A stretch of DNA of 32,000 nt, taken from positions 2,100,001-2,132,000 of the forward strand of contig NZ_LN831024.1 in assembly GCF_001457615.1 (NCBI RefSeq). Reading direction: 5' to 3'. Of the stretch, positions 1 through 13,710 are shown piece by piece. Under the pieces are notes generated by a model. The model worked only from the letters and a program-made list of their open reading frames with translations. It did no database searches and was not told the DNA's origin. A program made the translations under genes and the position numbers. Numbering within the stretch: position 1 is the first letter of the stretch; each line of letters starts with the position of its first letter. This DNA is from Pseudomonas aeruginosa. Its GTDB lineage: Bacteria; Pseudomonadota; Gammaproteobacteria; Pseudomonadales; Pseudomonadaceae.

Positions 1-1742
1 CCCGGACCGGCGTTGTAGGCGGCCGAGGCGAGTACCCGGTTGCCGTTGAACTGGCCATGCACCTGGCTCAGGTAGGCGGCGCCGAGGCGGATGTTGACGT
101 CGGGCACGATCAGTTGCTGGGTCGAGGCCAGCGGGATGCCGAACTTGCGCGAGGTCTCCTTGGCGGTGCCGGGCATCAGCTGCATCAGCCCGGTGGCGCC
201 GACTCCGGAACGGGCATCGGACATGAACGCGCTTTCCTGCCGGGTGATGGCGAAGATCCAACTGGAGTGCAGGCCGCGGTTCTTCGCTTCGCGCACCAGG
301 GTGGCGCGGTGCGCCATCGGGAAGCGGATGTCCAGGTCGTCCCAGTACTGCGCCTGGCTGATCGAGCGGATCGCCGGGAAATACCACTGCATGTCGTAGG
401 CCAGCCTGGCCTGGGCGATCAGCTCGTCGCGATCGAACAGGCGCGCGGCGTGGTACCACTCGCGGCGGGCGTTGATCACTTCGCCACGGTTGAAGAACTC
501 CATGGCCCGGCGCGTACTGGCGGCGTTGCGTACGCGTTGCAGGACGCGCGGGTCGATGTGCGCAGGACGGTTGCCGAGCTTGTACGGCACGCTCAGGCGG
601 TCGGCGGCGAGGAAGCCGTAGAAGTCGCGCTCGCCGGCGAGCTTCTGGTACAGCGCGATCGGCTCCTTGCTGTTCGGCTGCGCCAGTTGCAGGCTGCGTG
701 CCTGCCAATAGCGCCAGCGGCTGGTGGCGGCAAGATCCTGGGGCAGCTTGCGGGTCAGCGCGTAGGCTTCGTCCCAGCGGCCCAGGCGCAGCAGCAGGCG
801 GGTGCGCCATTCGGTGACGGTGTTGTCGCGCAGGCCGGGATCGTACTGGGTCATCAGCGGCAGTGCGCGCGGATCGAAGCGCTTGGCCAGGCTGAGACCG
901 ATCTCGCGGGCGATGGCGACCTTCTCGTCGCTGGAGAAGGGTAGCGCCGAGCTGTAGTAGTCGAGCAGGCTAAGGGCCTTTTCCGGGTCCTGCCGCGCCA
1001 GGCGGCGCAGGCCGAGACCGACCACGTCGGCGGTGGCATGGTCGCGCTGGCTGAAGCGGCCGGTCTGGCTCAGCTGGGCGGGGTTCTGCGCCACGCTGAC
1101 CATCAGCGCGCCCTGGTTGCCGAGGGTCGGCAGGCGCTGCGCGAGGTGCGAGGCGAGGCTGTAGTTGCGCGCTTCGGCGGCCAGCTTGAGGCGTTTCCAG
1201 ACCTTTTCCTCGGTGAGCTGGCCTTCGCCCTGCCAGAGGCCGAACAGGGTGTCGCAGGCAGCCGGCTGCGACTTGCCGACCAGCCACAGGCGTTCGCTGG
1301 TGGCGTAGCCTTCGGCCTTCTGGCCGTGGCCCAGCTGATACTGGCCATACAGGCAGTCGAGTTCGGTGAAGTTCAGCTTCGGATCGTAGTAGTTGACGAA
1401 GGTCTTCCAGTCGCCGCGGTCGGCCAGCAGGCGCAGCCAGCGCAGTTTCAGCCAGCCGATCTGCGGCAGGTCGCCGTGTTCGGTGAGGAAGCGCTCGACC
1501 TCCTCGTTGCTGGCGGACTTCAGCCGATGGGTCAGTTCGTCGTAGGCCAGGTAGGGTTCCAGCGGGTAATCGCGCAGGGCGCTGCGCGAGGCCATGTAGG
1601 GCGCGCTGTTGCCCTTGGCCAGGGCGGCCTTGGCCTGGTCGTAGAGACGGCGTTGTTCGGTCAGGGAAGCGGCGTGGACCGCGTCGACGAAGGAAATACT
1701 GAGCAAAAGGCAGGAAACGAGAGTGAACAGGCGACCGCGCAT
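1..1742 (-). CDS. slt: Soluble lytic murein transglycosylase, C-terminus cut by window edge
   Basis: Reverse strand from the ATG at 1742 reads MRGRLFTLVSCLLLSSISFVDAVHAASLTEQRRLYDQAKAALAKG..., a signal peptide plus Slt70-like helical domain. The frame continues open to the window edge. Confidence 0.88.
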   Translation of the reverse strand, partial: MRGRLFTLVSCLLLSISFVDAVHAASLTEQRRLYDQAKAALAKGNSAPYMASRSALRDYPLEPYLAYDELTHRLKSASNEEVERFLTEHGDLPQIGWLKLRWLRLLADRGDWKTFVNYYDPKLNFTELDCLYGQYQLGHGQKAEGYATSERLWLVGKSQPAACDTLFGLWQGEGQLTEEKVWKRLKLAAEARNYSLASHLAQRLPTLGNQGALMVSVAQNPAQLSQTGRFSQRDHATADVVGLGLRRLARQDPEKALSLLDYYSSALPFSSDEKVAIAREIGLSLAKRFDPRALPLMTQYDPGLRDNTVTEWRTRLLLRLGRWDEAYALTRKLPQDLAATSRWRYWQARSLQLAQPNSKEPIALYQKLAGERDFYGFLAADRLSVPYKLGNRPAHIDPRVLQRVRNAASTRRAMEFFNRGEVINARREWYHAARLFDRDELIAQARLAYDMQWYFPAIRSISQAQYWDDLDIRFPMAHRATLVREAKNRGLHSSWIFAITRQESAFMSDARSGVGATGLMQLMPGTAKETSRKFGIPLASTQQLIVPDVNIRLGAAYLSQVHGQFNGNRVLASAAYNAGP

Positions 1743-1966
1743 GACTTATCCGGGCAGGTGATGTCGGGTAACGTCGGCAGGTCCGCAACGGCTGCCTACG
1801 GGCGTTTCGACCGCTCGCGGGACTGGCGCGCGACCGCTGTCGCGGGCGCGCCCGAAGCCGGGCGGATGGCTCGCCTAAGCTTAGCCGTTGCGGCATGGCG
1901 GTGAAAGCGCCGTGCCATCCGATGCCTATCCGGCGTAAAATGCGCGCCCTGTTTCCGGAGGCGCCC

Positions 1967-3889
1967 ATGACCCTGCTCAAGTTCACCGATGTATCCCTTG
2001 CCTTTGGCACCACTCCCTTGCTGGACAAGGTGTCGTGGCAGATCGGCCGTGGCGAGCGGGTCTGCGTGATCGGGCGCAACGGTACCGGCAAGTCCAGCCT
2101 GTTCAAGGTGGTCAAGGGCGAACAGCAGGCCGACGACGGCGAAGTCTGGCGCGCACCGGCGCTGAAGATCGGCGAATTGCCCCAGGAACTACCGCGTGCC
2201 GACGAACGGACAGTGTTCGACGTGGTGGCCGAGGGTCTGGCGGAAGTCGGCAAGCTGCTCGCCGAGTACCACCACCTGAGCCTGAACATCCATACCGACG
2301 ACGACCTGGCGCGCCTCTCGCGGGTCCAGCAGGAACTCGAGGCGCGCGATGGCTGGCGCCTGCAGCAACTGGTGGACAGCACCCTCAGCCGCCTGCAGTT
2401 GCCGGCCGACAAGACCCTCGCCGAACTCTCCGGCGGCTGGCGTCGGCGCGTGCTGCTGGCCCAGGCGCTGGTCGCCGAGCCGGACCTGCTGCTGCTCGAC
2501 GAACCGACCAACCACCTGGACATCGGCGCCATCGCCTGGCTCGAGGAAGCGCTGCTGGGCTTCAACGGCGCGGTGCTGTTCATTACCCACGACCGCGCCT
2601 TCCTGCAATCCCTGGCGACCCGCATCCTCGAGCTGGATCGTGGCCACCTGATCGACTGGAACGGCGACTACGCCAGTTTCCTGGTGCACAAGGAACAGCA
2701 ACTGGCCGCCGAAGAAGCTGCCAACGCATTGTTCGACAAGCGCCTGGCCCAGGAAGAAGTGTGGATCCGCCAGGGCATCAAGGCCCGCCGCACGCGCAAC
2801 GAAGGGCGGGTTCGGGCACTGAAGGAAATGCGTCGCGAACGCGCCGAGCGCCGCGAGCGCCAGGGCAAGGCCAGCTTCCAGCTGGAAAGCGCGGACAAGT
2901 CCGGCAAGCAGGTGATCGTGGTGGAGCACGTCAGCTTCGCCCATCCCGGCAGCCAGCCGCTGGTACGCGACTTCTCCATGGTCCTGCAGCGCGGCGACCG
3001 TATCGGCCTGCTCGGCGCCAACGGTACCGGCAAGACCACCTTGCTCAAGCTGCTGCTTGGCGACCTGCAGCCGACCTCGGGCAAGATCGAGGTGGGCACC
3101 AAGCTGGAAGTGGCCTACTTCGACCAGTTGCGCCATCAGCTCGAACCCGAGCAGACGGTGATCGACAATATCTCCGAAGGCCGCGAGTTCATCACCATCG
3201 ACGGCCAGAACCGGCATGTGCTCAGCTATCTCGGCGACTTCCTGTTCAGTCCGCAGCGCGCCCGCACCCCGGTGAAGGCGTTGTCCGGCGGCGAGCGCGC
3301 GCGCCTGTTGCTGGCCAAGCTGTTCAGCAAGCCGGCCAACCTGCTGGTGCTCGACGAACCGACCAACGACCTCGACGTGGAAACCCTGGAACTGCTGGAG
3401 GAAGTCCTGCTCGGCTTCCAGGGCACCGTGCTGATGGTCAGCCACGATCGGGCCTTCCTCGACAACGTGGTGACCAGCACCCTGGTCTTCGAGGGCGAGG
3501 GCAAGGTTCGCGAATTCGTCGGTGGCTACCAGGACTGGCTGCGCCAAGGGGGCACGCCGCGCCTGCTCGGCGTGAGCGAGTCGAAGAGCGGCAAGGCCGA
3601 GCTGAATACCGCGCTGGCGCCCGCCGCCGAACCCGCGCCGGCTGCTGCGGCGCCGAGCGAGGCGCCGGCGAAGAAAAAGCTCAGCTACAAGTTGCAGCGC
3701 GAGCTGGAGGCTTTGCCCGGGCAGATCGACGCGGTCGAGGCGGAGCTGGCGGGTGTCCAGGAAACCATCGCGCAGCAGGATTTCTATCTGCGCCCGCAGG
3801 ACGAGCAGCGCGAAACCCTGGCGCGGCTGGACGCGTTGCAGCAGGAACTCGATGCCTTGCTCGAGCGCTGGGCCGAACTGGAAGACTGA
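1967..3889 (+). CDS. uup: ABC-F family ATP-binding protein, Uup type
   Basis: ATG at 1967 (MTLLKFTDVSLAFG). Two Walker A motifs (GRNGTGKSS, GANGTGKTT), two ABC signatures (LSGGWRRR, LSGGERAR), LLLDEPTNHLD and LVLDEPTNDLD, and a C-terminal coiled coil. No transmembrane domain. Confidence 0.92.
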   Translation: MTLLKFTDVSLAFGTTPLLDKVSWQIGRGERVCVIGRNGTGKSSLFKVVKGEQQADDGEVWRAPALKIGELPQELPRADERTVFDVVAEGLAEVGKLLAEYHHLSLNIHTDDDLARLSRVQQELEARDGWRLQQLVDSTLSRLQLPADKTLAELSGGWRRRVLLAQALVAEPDLLLLDEPTNHLDIGAIAWLEEALLGFNGAVLFITHDRAFLQSLATRILELDRGHLIDWNGDYASFLVHKEQQLAAEEAANALFDKRLAQEEVWIRQGIKARRTRNEGRVRALKEMRRERAERRERQGKASFQLESADKSGKQVIVVEHVSFAHPGSQPLVRDFSMVLQRGDRIGLLGANGTGKTTLLKLLLGDLQPTSGKIEVGTKLEVAYFDQLRHQLEPEQTVIDNISEGREFITIDGQNRHVLSYLGDFLFSPQRARTPVKALSGGERARLLLAKLFSKPANLLVLDEPTNDLDVETLELLEEVLLGFQGTVLMVSHDRAFLDNVVTSTLVFEGEGKVREFVGGYQDWLRQGGTPRLLGVSESKSGKAELNTALAPAAEPAPAAAAPSEAPAKKKLSYKLQRELEALPGQIDAVEAELAGVQETIAQQDFYLRPQDEQRETLARLDALQQELDALLERWAELED

Positions 3890-4038
3890 TCCATCTCGAA
3901 AAAGTGAGCTGCATCAATGTGATAGCGGCTCATCTCGATGATCCTTGCGGGCCTTGCCGGCGGTGGGTGCAGTCCCCCGTCGGTCCCTCTGGCTGGCGTC
4001 ATTGACGGGCCGGCCGTCTCCCGAGAAAGGATCAGTCC

Positions 4039-4725
4039 ATGGCAATCGAGTACCGCATTACGCTGGACGACCAGCATCAGCTCAACTATCGCATCGAGCT
4101 GGAGCGGCACTACGACCCGCAGGCGGCTGCCGCAGCGCCGCGCTGGACGCGCCTGGAACACAATCGCTGCAGCAACTGCCCGCTCGATCGCGAACGCTAC
4201 AGCCATTGTCCGGCGGCGGTCGACCTGCATGGGGTGATCGAGGATTTCCGCAACCTGCCGGCGTTCCGCAAGGCCGGCATCTGCGTGCGCACGCCGGAGC
4301 GCGAGTACATCAAGCAGGCGGGCCTGGAGGAAGGACTGCGCGCGCTGATCGGCTTGATCATGGCCAGCAGCGCCTGTCCGCTGCTGGCGCCGCTGAGGCC
4401 GATGGCCATGCAGCACCTGCCGTTCGCCAGCAACCAGGAGTTCGTGCTGCGGGTGGTGCCGCTGTACCTGATGCGCCAGTACTTCAACTTCCGCGAGGGG
4501 CGGCATGCCGATTGGGAACTGAAAGGGCTGGTGCGGCTGTTCCAGCAGTTGCAACTGGTCAACCAGGCGTTCTGGCAGCGAATCCACGACACCTGTGTCA
4601 GCGATTCCAACCTGAAGGCGTTCCTGACCTTCTTCTCGCTGTCGTCGAGCATCAGCTATTCGCTGGAAACCCAGTTGCAGAAGATCCGCCCGCTGGTGAT
4701 GAGCGCCGAGGAAACGCTCGGCTGA
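4039..4725 (+). CDS. Conserved hypothetical protein
   Basis: Intact ORF MAIEYRITLDDQHQLNYRIELERHYDP...; cysteines in NRCSNCPLDRERYSHCPA. No function assigned with confidence. Confidence 0.8.
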   Translation: MAIEYRITLDDQHQLNYRIELERHYDPQAAAAAPRWTRLEHNRCSNCPLDRERYSHCPAAVDLHGVIEDFRNLPAFRKAGICVRTPEREYIKQAGLEEGLRALIGLIMASSACPLLAPLRPMAMQHLPFASNQEFVLRVVPLYLMRQYFNFREGRHADWELKGLVRLFQQLQLVNQAFWQRIHDTCVSDSNLKAFLTFFSLSSSISYSLETQLQKIRPLVMSAEETLG

Positions 4726-4754
4726 GGCGCAGGCCCCGGCCGAGCGGGGAGAGA

Positions 4755-5192
4755 TCAGGCTTTCTTCAGGTGCACCGCGAGCACGTCGCAGGGCGCGCCG
4801 TGCAGCACGTCGTTGGCAGTGGAACCGAGCAGCAGCGCCAGGCCGTGGCGACCGTGGCTGCCGACCACGATCAGGTCGCAGGCCTGTTCCGCGGCGAGGC
4901 GGTGGATTTCCTGGCGCGGTTGCCCGTAGACCAGGTGGCGCTGCTCGCTGCCGAGGTCCGGATAGCGTACGGCGAAGGCATCCAGGCGTTCACGGGCCTG
5001 GTCGAACTGCTGCTGCTGCAACATCGACAGGTCCATCGGCACGTCCCCACCGAAGGCCATGGCCATGGGCTCGACCACATGCACCACCGAGAGCCGGGCC
5101 TGGTTGCTGGTGGCCAGGGCCGCCGCACGCTTCATCACCGGGTCGCATTCGTCGGTCAGGTCGACGGCGACCAGAATGTGTTGATAGGGCAT
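4755..5192 (-). CDS. Universal stress protein (UspA family)
   Basis: ATG at 5192 gives MPYQHILVAVDLTDECDPVMKRAAALA...; ends with the UspA nucleotide-binding motif GSHGRHGLALLLGSTANDVLHGAPCDVLAV. Confidence 0.92.
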   Translation of the reverse strand: MPYQHILVAVDLTDECDPVMKRAAALATSNQARLSVVHVVEPMAMAFGGDVPMDLSMLQQQQFDQARERLDAFAVRYPDLGSEQRHLVYGQPRQEIHRLAAEQACDLIVVGSHGRHGLALLLGSTANDVLHGAPCDVLAVHLKKA

Positions 5193-5399
5193 GAACGTCT
5201 CCTCCCAGAAGGGGATAGTGTTTTCATTATGGACTTTCGCGCCGCGCGTGGAACCTGTTCCGTTGCGCTGGGCAAAAAGCTGCTCCGCCGTGGTCGCATT
5301 CGCCTGTAAACTGCGCCTCCCTTGGCGACTGCGACCGATCCTGCCTGCGCGCGCGGATCGAGGCAAATGCCTTAACCGTTTTTCGAGTGTCCGTTCCTT

Positions 5400-5834
5400 A
5401 TGACCACTTGGCTGGTGATCCTGCTGCTGGCTGTCATGCTCAGTCCCCTGGCCTGGCTGATGCCGTCCAACAGGCAGCGCGGCAAGATGGCCCTGCGCCT
5501 CGAGGCGCGCCGTCTCGGCCTGGCCATGCAGCTCGCGCGCCAGGATTGGCCGCATTGGCTGGAGAGCGCTCCGCCGACGTCCTGCGCGCAGTTCCACTGC
5601 CCGCGCCGACGCGGCCGGGAGGCCTGGTGCTATTGGCAGAATACCCCGGGCCAGTGGCTGAACCAGTGGCGCGAGCCGTGCGCGGACGATGAGTTGCTGG
5701 ACGCCCTGCGCAGCCTCCCCGGGGATGTCTACAAGGTGGAGGCGACCGCCCAGTTCCTTGCCCTGTATTGGGGCGAGCGCGGCGATAGCGCCGACCTCGG
5801 GCGCATCGCCGAGTTTCTCCGCCAGCGCGCCTGA
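5400..5834 (+). CDS. Small protein with N-terminal hydrophobic segment, function unknown
   Basis: ORF MTTWLVILLLAVMLSPLAWLMPSNRQRGKMALRLEARRLGLAMQLAR..., predicted membrane-anchored. Confidence 0.75.
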   Translation: MTTWLVILLLAVMLSPLAWLMPSNRQRGKMALRLEARRLGLAMQLARQDWPHWLESAPPTSCAQFHCPRRRGREAWCYWQNTPGQWLNQWREPCADDELLDALRSLPGDVYKVEATAQFLALYWGERGDSADLGRIAEFLRQRA

Positions 5835-5850
5835 GGCGGCGCGCCGAGGT

Positions 5851-6654
5851 TCATTGGTTGCGCGCGGCATACAGCGCGGCGACCTTCTCCAGGCCATCGA
5901 TGATCCGGTCTGCATTCTTGTTGACCAGGAACGGCACGCTGTTCTGGTTGTAGTTGCGCAGGGACTTCTCGATGTAGTGCCACTTGATCGCCACGCTGCG
6001 CAGCGCCCTGGCGATCTCCTCGTCGTTCTGCGGCGCCTGCTGCAGCTTCAACAGGTTGACCGAAAAGCGGCTGGCCAGGTCGTCCAGTGGACGCTCCTCG
6101 CCGCCGCCGAAGAAGCTGGCGCCCACCGACGCGTTGCGCGAGGCATAGTCCAGAGCAATGTCCTGCATCAGCAGGCTCTGTTCGCGGCTCTGCTCGGTGA
6201 GCGTCGGCACCGTGGCGGCGTTTTCCCGTTGCAGGCTGCGATACAACTGGCCGCCGAGGTCCATCAGTTGCTGGTTGCGTCGTGCCAGGTCGGCGACCGG
6301 TTGCAGGTCGCTGTAGCCCTTGTTGCGCACCGCGCCGGTCAGCTTGTCGAGGTCTTGCGCATAGTCCCGCCATTGCTCGCGAAGCTGGCCCAGCAGGCGC
6401 CGGGATTCGCTGCCGTTCACGCCGTCGAGTCGCTGCAGGCGGGCTTCCGCCGTCTGCGCCGAGCTTTCGATCAGGCTGGCGTAGCGTTGATCGCCTTCCT
6501 GGCCGACGTACATGAAGAAGGCGTTCAGGGATTTCTGCGTGGCGAGCCGCATCTGGTGCAGGGCGAGCAGGTCATCGGCGGTCCCTGCCGCGAAGGCGGG
6601 GAGGCTCAGCAGGCCGAGCAGGGCCAGACAAAGAGTGAACGGACGGCAGATCAT
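5851..6654 (-). CDS. Predicted secreted or periplasmic helical protein, function unknown
   Basis: Open frame from 6762; the best start by signal peptide is the ATG at 6654 (MICRPFTLCLALLGLLSLPAFAAG). Start is uncertain. Confidence 0.75.
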   Translation of the reverse strand: MICRPFTLCLALLGLLSLPAFAAGTADDLLALHQMRLATQKSLNAFFMYVGQEGDQRYASLIESSAQTAEARLQRLDGVNGSESRRLLGQLREQWRDYAQDLDKLTGAVRNKGYSDLQPVADLARRNQQLMDLGGQLYRSLQRENAATVPTLTEQSREQSLLMQDIALDYASRNASVGASFFGGGEERPLDDLASRFSVNLLKLQQAPQNDEEIARALRSVAIKWHYIEKSLRNYNQNSVPFLVNKNADRIIDGLEKVAALYAARNQ

Positions 6655-6919
6655 GGGTTCCATCTCCATGTGGCCCTGGAGGCCTTCTTGTTGTTCTTTT
6701 GTAACGGCCCGTGGCCGATCATGCATGGCGATCTGCGGCGACTCTAGCCTGCCTTTCCGCACCGGGACAAGCGCCCACGGCGCCGATCATCGAACATCTG
6801 AATGGTCCGACAGAGGCTGGCTGAATGGCCCTGCGCAGAGGGCCTGGAGGAGGGCAGGTGTTTTCCGGATGGCTGATTGACAATTCCCGGCTTTTGCCGG
6901 AATGTGTGCGCACCCAAGT

Positions 6920-6946
6920 CAAACGGGCGTATGAATCGAGCGTTTG
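6920..6946. promoter_or_regulatory. Candidate degenerate tandem PsrA operator upstream of fadB
   Basis: CAAACGGGCGTATG (6920-6933) followed by GAATCGAGCGTTTG (6933-6946): perfect outer arms CAAAC/GTTTG, degenerate inner arms, same 13-bp offset as the two boxes upstream of psrA. Confidence 0.55.
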
Positions 6947-7096
6947 CCTCGCGCAGGCCTCGACAATAGAGACCCGGTTATCGCGTCGGCGGGTGTGCCG
7001 AAGGGTTTGGGACTATGCTCGGCGGTTGCCGAAAGGGTCCCGACACGGCGTCCGATGTGTAAGTTCAAGCTTCCATAATAGCGTGGAGATCAGTTG

Positions 7097-9244
<2,148 letters not shown>

Positions 9245-9259
9245 TCGCGGAACGACTAG

Positions 9260-10450
<1,191 letters not shown>

Positions 10451-10466
10451 GCGTTCGTCGAAGGGG

Positions 10467-10500
10467 AAAGCCGGGGCCTCGTGCCCCGGCTTTCGTTTTT
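10467..10500 (+). terminator. Rho-independent terminator of fadBA
   Basis: AAAGCCGGGGCctcgtGCCCCGGCTTT stem followed by CGTTTTT. Confidence 0.88.
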
Positions 10501-10643
10501 CAGTGTCAGTCGTTTCCGGCTGTATCGAGCGAATGACGCCCCGGGAGCGCGGGTTTGCCTATTGTGCGATCCGTGCCTATACCGGGCTGTTGTATGTCGG
10601 CATTGTGCCGTTGTTTTCCGATTTTCGAGACAAGGTAAGGAAC

Positions 10644-10907
10644 ATGGACCTGCAGGCTGGGCTCTATCGTCATTACAAGGGACAGAACTACCGGGTCCTG
10701 GGTGTCGCGCGGCATTCGGAGACGGAAGAGGTGCTGGTGATCTACCAGGCGCTGTACGGCGAATTCGGTCTCTGGGTGCGTCCGCTGGAGATGTTCACCG
10801 AGGCCGTGGAGGTCGATGGCGAGTGGGTGCCGCGCTTCGTCCTGGTGAGTCCCGAGGCCGATCCCCTGGGCTTGCAGAAAGCTCCCGGCGGGGAAGACCG
10901 CGCTTGA
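10644..10907 (+). CDS. Small DUF1653-like protein
   Basis: ATG at 10644: MDLQAGLYRHYKGQNYRVLGVARHSETEEVLVIYQALYGEFGLWVRPLEMFTE..., typical of the DUF1653 family. Confidence 0.8.
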   Translation: MDLQAGLYRHYKGQNYRVLGVARHSETEEVLVIYQALYGEFGLWVRPLEMFTEAVEVDGEWVPRFVLVSPEADPLGLQKAPGGEDRA

Positions 10908-10931
10908 CCTTGGCTCGTTCGCCACTATATA
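10904..10931 (+). promoter_or_regulatory. Candidate sigma70 promoter for topA
   Basis: TTGACC (10904-10909), 16-bp spacer, TATATA (10926-10931) within CTATATATAG; overlaps the stop codon of the preceding gene. Confidence 0.5.
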
Positions 10932-10997
10932 TAGCGGTGCCGCGCTAGTCGCTCCCTCCTTTATATTCATCTTTTCGACGCAGGAACCTTCCGATCC

Positions 10998-13604
10998 ATG
11001 GGTAAATCGCTGGTCATCGTGGAATCCCCGGCCAAGGCCAAGACCATCAACAAGTACCTGGGCAGCCAGTACGTGGTGAAGTCGAGCATCGGCCACATCC
11101 GTGACCTGCCCACCAGTGGTTCGTCGAGTTCCAAGGAGCCGGCGGCCAAGGGCCGCAAGAGCGCCTCCGAGGCGCCGGCGCTGTCACCGAAGGAGAAGGC
11201 CAGGCGCCAACTGGTCTCGCGCATGGGGGTCGACCCCGAGCATGGCTGGAAGGCCAAGTACGAGATCCTGCCCGGCAAGGAAAAGGTCATCGACGAGCTG
11301 CGCCGCCTGGCCAAGGACGCCGACACCGTCTATCTCGCGACCGACTTGGACCGCGAAGGGGAGGCCATCGCCTGGCACCTGCGGGAAGCCATCGGCGGCG
11401 ACGAAAGCCGCTACAAGCGCGTGGTATTCAACGAAATCACCAAGAAGGCCATCCAGGAGGCCTTCTCCCAGCCCGGCGAGCTCGATATCAACCGGGTGAA
11501 CGCCCAGCAGGCGCGGCGTTTTCTCGACCGCGTGGTCGGCTACATGGTCTCGCCGCTGCTCTGGCAGAAGATTGCCCGTGGGTTGTCCGCCGGCCGCGTG
11601 CAGTCGGTGGCGGTGAAGCTGGTGGTGGAGCGCGAACGCGAGATTCGCGCCTTCGTCCCGGAAGAGTACTGGGAAGTGCATGCCGACCTCGGTACCGCCA
11701 AGGGCGCCAACGTGCGCTTCGAGGTTACCCGTGAGAAGGGCGAGGCCTTCAAGCCGCTCAACGAAGCCCAGGCCATGGCGGCCCTGGAAAAGCTCAAGGC
11801 CTCGGCCTATAGCGTCGCCAAGCGCGAGGACCGGCCGACCTCCAGCCGACCCTCGGCGCCGTTCATCACTTCCACCCTGCAGCAGGCGGCGAGCAACCGC
11901 CTGGGCTTCGGGGTGAAGAAGACCATGATGATGGCCCAGCGTCTCTACGAGGCCGGCTACATCACCTACATGCGTACCGACTCGACCAACCTGTCGGCCG
12001 ATGCCATTGGCATGGTCCGCGGTTTCATCGAGGACGAGTTCGGCCAGAAGTACCTGCCGGGCAAGGCCAACGTCTACTCGAGCAAGGAGGGCGCCCAGGA
12101 AGCGCACGAGGCGATCCGTCCTTCCGACGTCAACCTCAAGCCGACCCAGCTGTCCGGCATGGAGCGTGACGCCGAGCGCCTGTACGACCTGATCTGGCGC
12201 CAGTTCGTGGCGTGCCAGATGACCCCGGCCGAATACCTCTCGACCAGCGTGAGCGTCACCGCCGGCGATTTCGAGCTGCGCGCCAAGGGCCGCATCCTCA
12301 AGTTCGACGGTTATACCCGGGTACTGCCGCAGCAGAGCAAGCCGGGCGAGGACGACGTCCTGCCGGAAATGAAGGAAGGCGAGAACCTCAAGCTGATCAA
12401 GCTCGATCCGAGCCAGCACTTCACCAAGCCGCCGGCGCGCTACTCCGAAGCGAGCCTGGTCAAGGAACTGGAGAAGCGCGGTATCGGCCGCCCCTCGACC
12501 TACGCGGCGATCATCTCCACCATCCAGGAGCGCGGCTACGTAACCACCCACAACCGCCGCTTCTATGCGGAGAAGATGGGCGACATCGTCACCGATCGGC
12601 TCAACGAGAGCTTCGCCAACCTGATGGACTACGGTTTCACCGCCGGGATGGAGGAGCATCTCGACGACGTGGCCCAGGGCGAGCGCGACTGGAAGCACCT
12701 GCTCGACGAGTTCTACGGCGATTTCAAGAAGAAGCTCGAGGTGGCCGAAGTCAGCGAGAAGGGGATGCGCGCCAACCAGCCGACCCTGACCAACATTCCC
12801 TGCCGCGAGTGCGGCCGGCCGATGATGATTCGTACCGCCTCCACCGGCGTGTTCCTCGGCTGCTCGGGCTACAGCCTGCCGCCGAAGGAACGTTGCAAGG
12901 CGACCGTCAACCTGATTCCCGGCGACGAGATCGCCGCGGACGACGAGGGCGAGTCCGAGTCGCGGGTGTTGCGTGGCAAGCATCGCTGCCCGATCTGCAG
13001 TACCGCGATGGACGCCTACCTGCTGGACGAGAAACACAAGCTGCATATCTGCGGCAACAACCCCGACTGTCCGGGCTACGAGATCGAGGAAGGCCAGTAC
13101 CGGATCAAGGGCTACGAAGGGCCGAGCCTGGAATGCGACAAGTGTGGCAGCGAGATGCAGTTGAAGACCGGCCGTTTCGGCAAGTTCTTCGGTTGCACCA
13201 ATCCGACCTGCAAGAACACCCGCAAGCTGCTGAAGAATGGCGAGGCGGCGCCGCCGAAGATGGACGCCATTCGCATGCCTGAATTGAAGTGCGAGAAGGT
13301 GGACGATATCTACGTGCTGCGCGACGGCGCTTCGGGCATGTTCCTGGCCGCCAGCCAGTTCCCGAAGAACCGCGAGACCCGCGCGCCGTTGGTGAGCGAG
13401 ATCATCCCGCACAAGGCCGAGCTGGATCCCAAGTACCATTACCTCTGCGACGCCCCGCAGAAAGACCCGGACGGCCGTCCCGCGGTGATCCGTTTCAGCC
13501 GCAAGACCAAGGAGCAATACGTGCAGTCCGAGGTCGATGGCAAGCCCACCGGCTGGCGCGCCTTCTACGATGGCGGCAAGTGGAAGGTCGAAGACAAGCG
13601 CTGA
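10998..13604 (+). CDS. topA: DNA topoisomerase I
   Basis: 868-aa protein [22 protein letters not shown]...; Toprim [13 protein letters not shown], catalytic [13 protein letters not shown], and three C-terminal Cys4-type zinc-finger-like modules. Confidence 0.97.
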   Translation: MGKSLVIVESPAKAKTINKYLGSQYVVKSSIGHIRDLPTSGSSSSKEPAAKGRKSASEAPALSPKEKARRQLVSRMGVDPEHGWKAKYEILPGKEKVIDELRRLAKDADTVYLATDLDREGEAIAWHLREAIGGDESRYKRVVFNEITKKAIQEAFSQPGELDINRVNAQQARRFLDRVVGYMVSPLLWQKIARGLSAGRVQSVAVKLVVEREREIRAFVPEEYWEVHADLGTAKGANVRFEVTREKGEAFKPLNEAQAMAALEKLKASAYSVAKREDRPTSSRPSAPFITSTLQQAASNRLGFGVKKTMMMAQRLYEAGYITYMRTDSTNLSADAIGMVRGFIEDEFGQKYLPGKANVYSSKEGAQEAHEAIRPSDVNLKPTQLSGMERDAERLYDLIWRQFVACQMTPAEYLSTSVSVTAGDFELRAKGRILKFDGYTRVLPQQSKPGEDDVLPEMKEGENLKLIKLDPSQHFTKPPARYSEASLVKELEKRGIGRPSTYAAIISTIQERGYVTTHNRRFYAEKMGDIVTDRLNESFANLMDYGFTAGMEEHLDDVAQGERDWKHLLDEFYGDFKKKLEVAEVSEKGMRANQPTLTNIPCRECGRPMMIRTASTGVFLGCSGYSLPPKERCKATVNLIPGDEIAADDEGESESRVLRGKHRCPICSTAMDAYLLDEKHKLHICGNNPDCPGYEIEEGQYRIKGYEGPSLECDKCGSEMQLKTGRFGKFFGCTNPTCKNTRKLLKNGEAAPPKMDAIRMPELKCEKVDDIYVLRDGASGMFLAASQFPKNRETRAPLVSEIIPHKAELDPKYHYLCDAPQKDPDGRPAVIRFSRKTKEQYVQSEVDGKPTGWRAFYDGGKWKVEDKR

Positions 13605-13710
13605 TGGATGGCGCGCCCGCTTGCATGGGGCGCGCTTATACTGCGCGAAGGCCGGGCGCTGACCTGGCCTGCGCTCCGCATTCCTTCCAGTTTTAATCGG
13701 GAGTACCGGC

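Noticed and set aside
2035-4005. 656-aa plus-strand ORF overlapping uup in another frame
   Set aside because: Arg/Ala/Gly-rich out-of-frame translation of the ABC-F gene; the uup frame carries all expected motifs.
13605-13655. GC-rich inverted repeat GGCGCGCCC...GGGGCGCGC just after topA
   Set aside because: It could be a hairpin but lacks a U-tract, so I did not call it a terminator.
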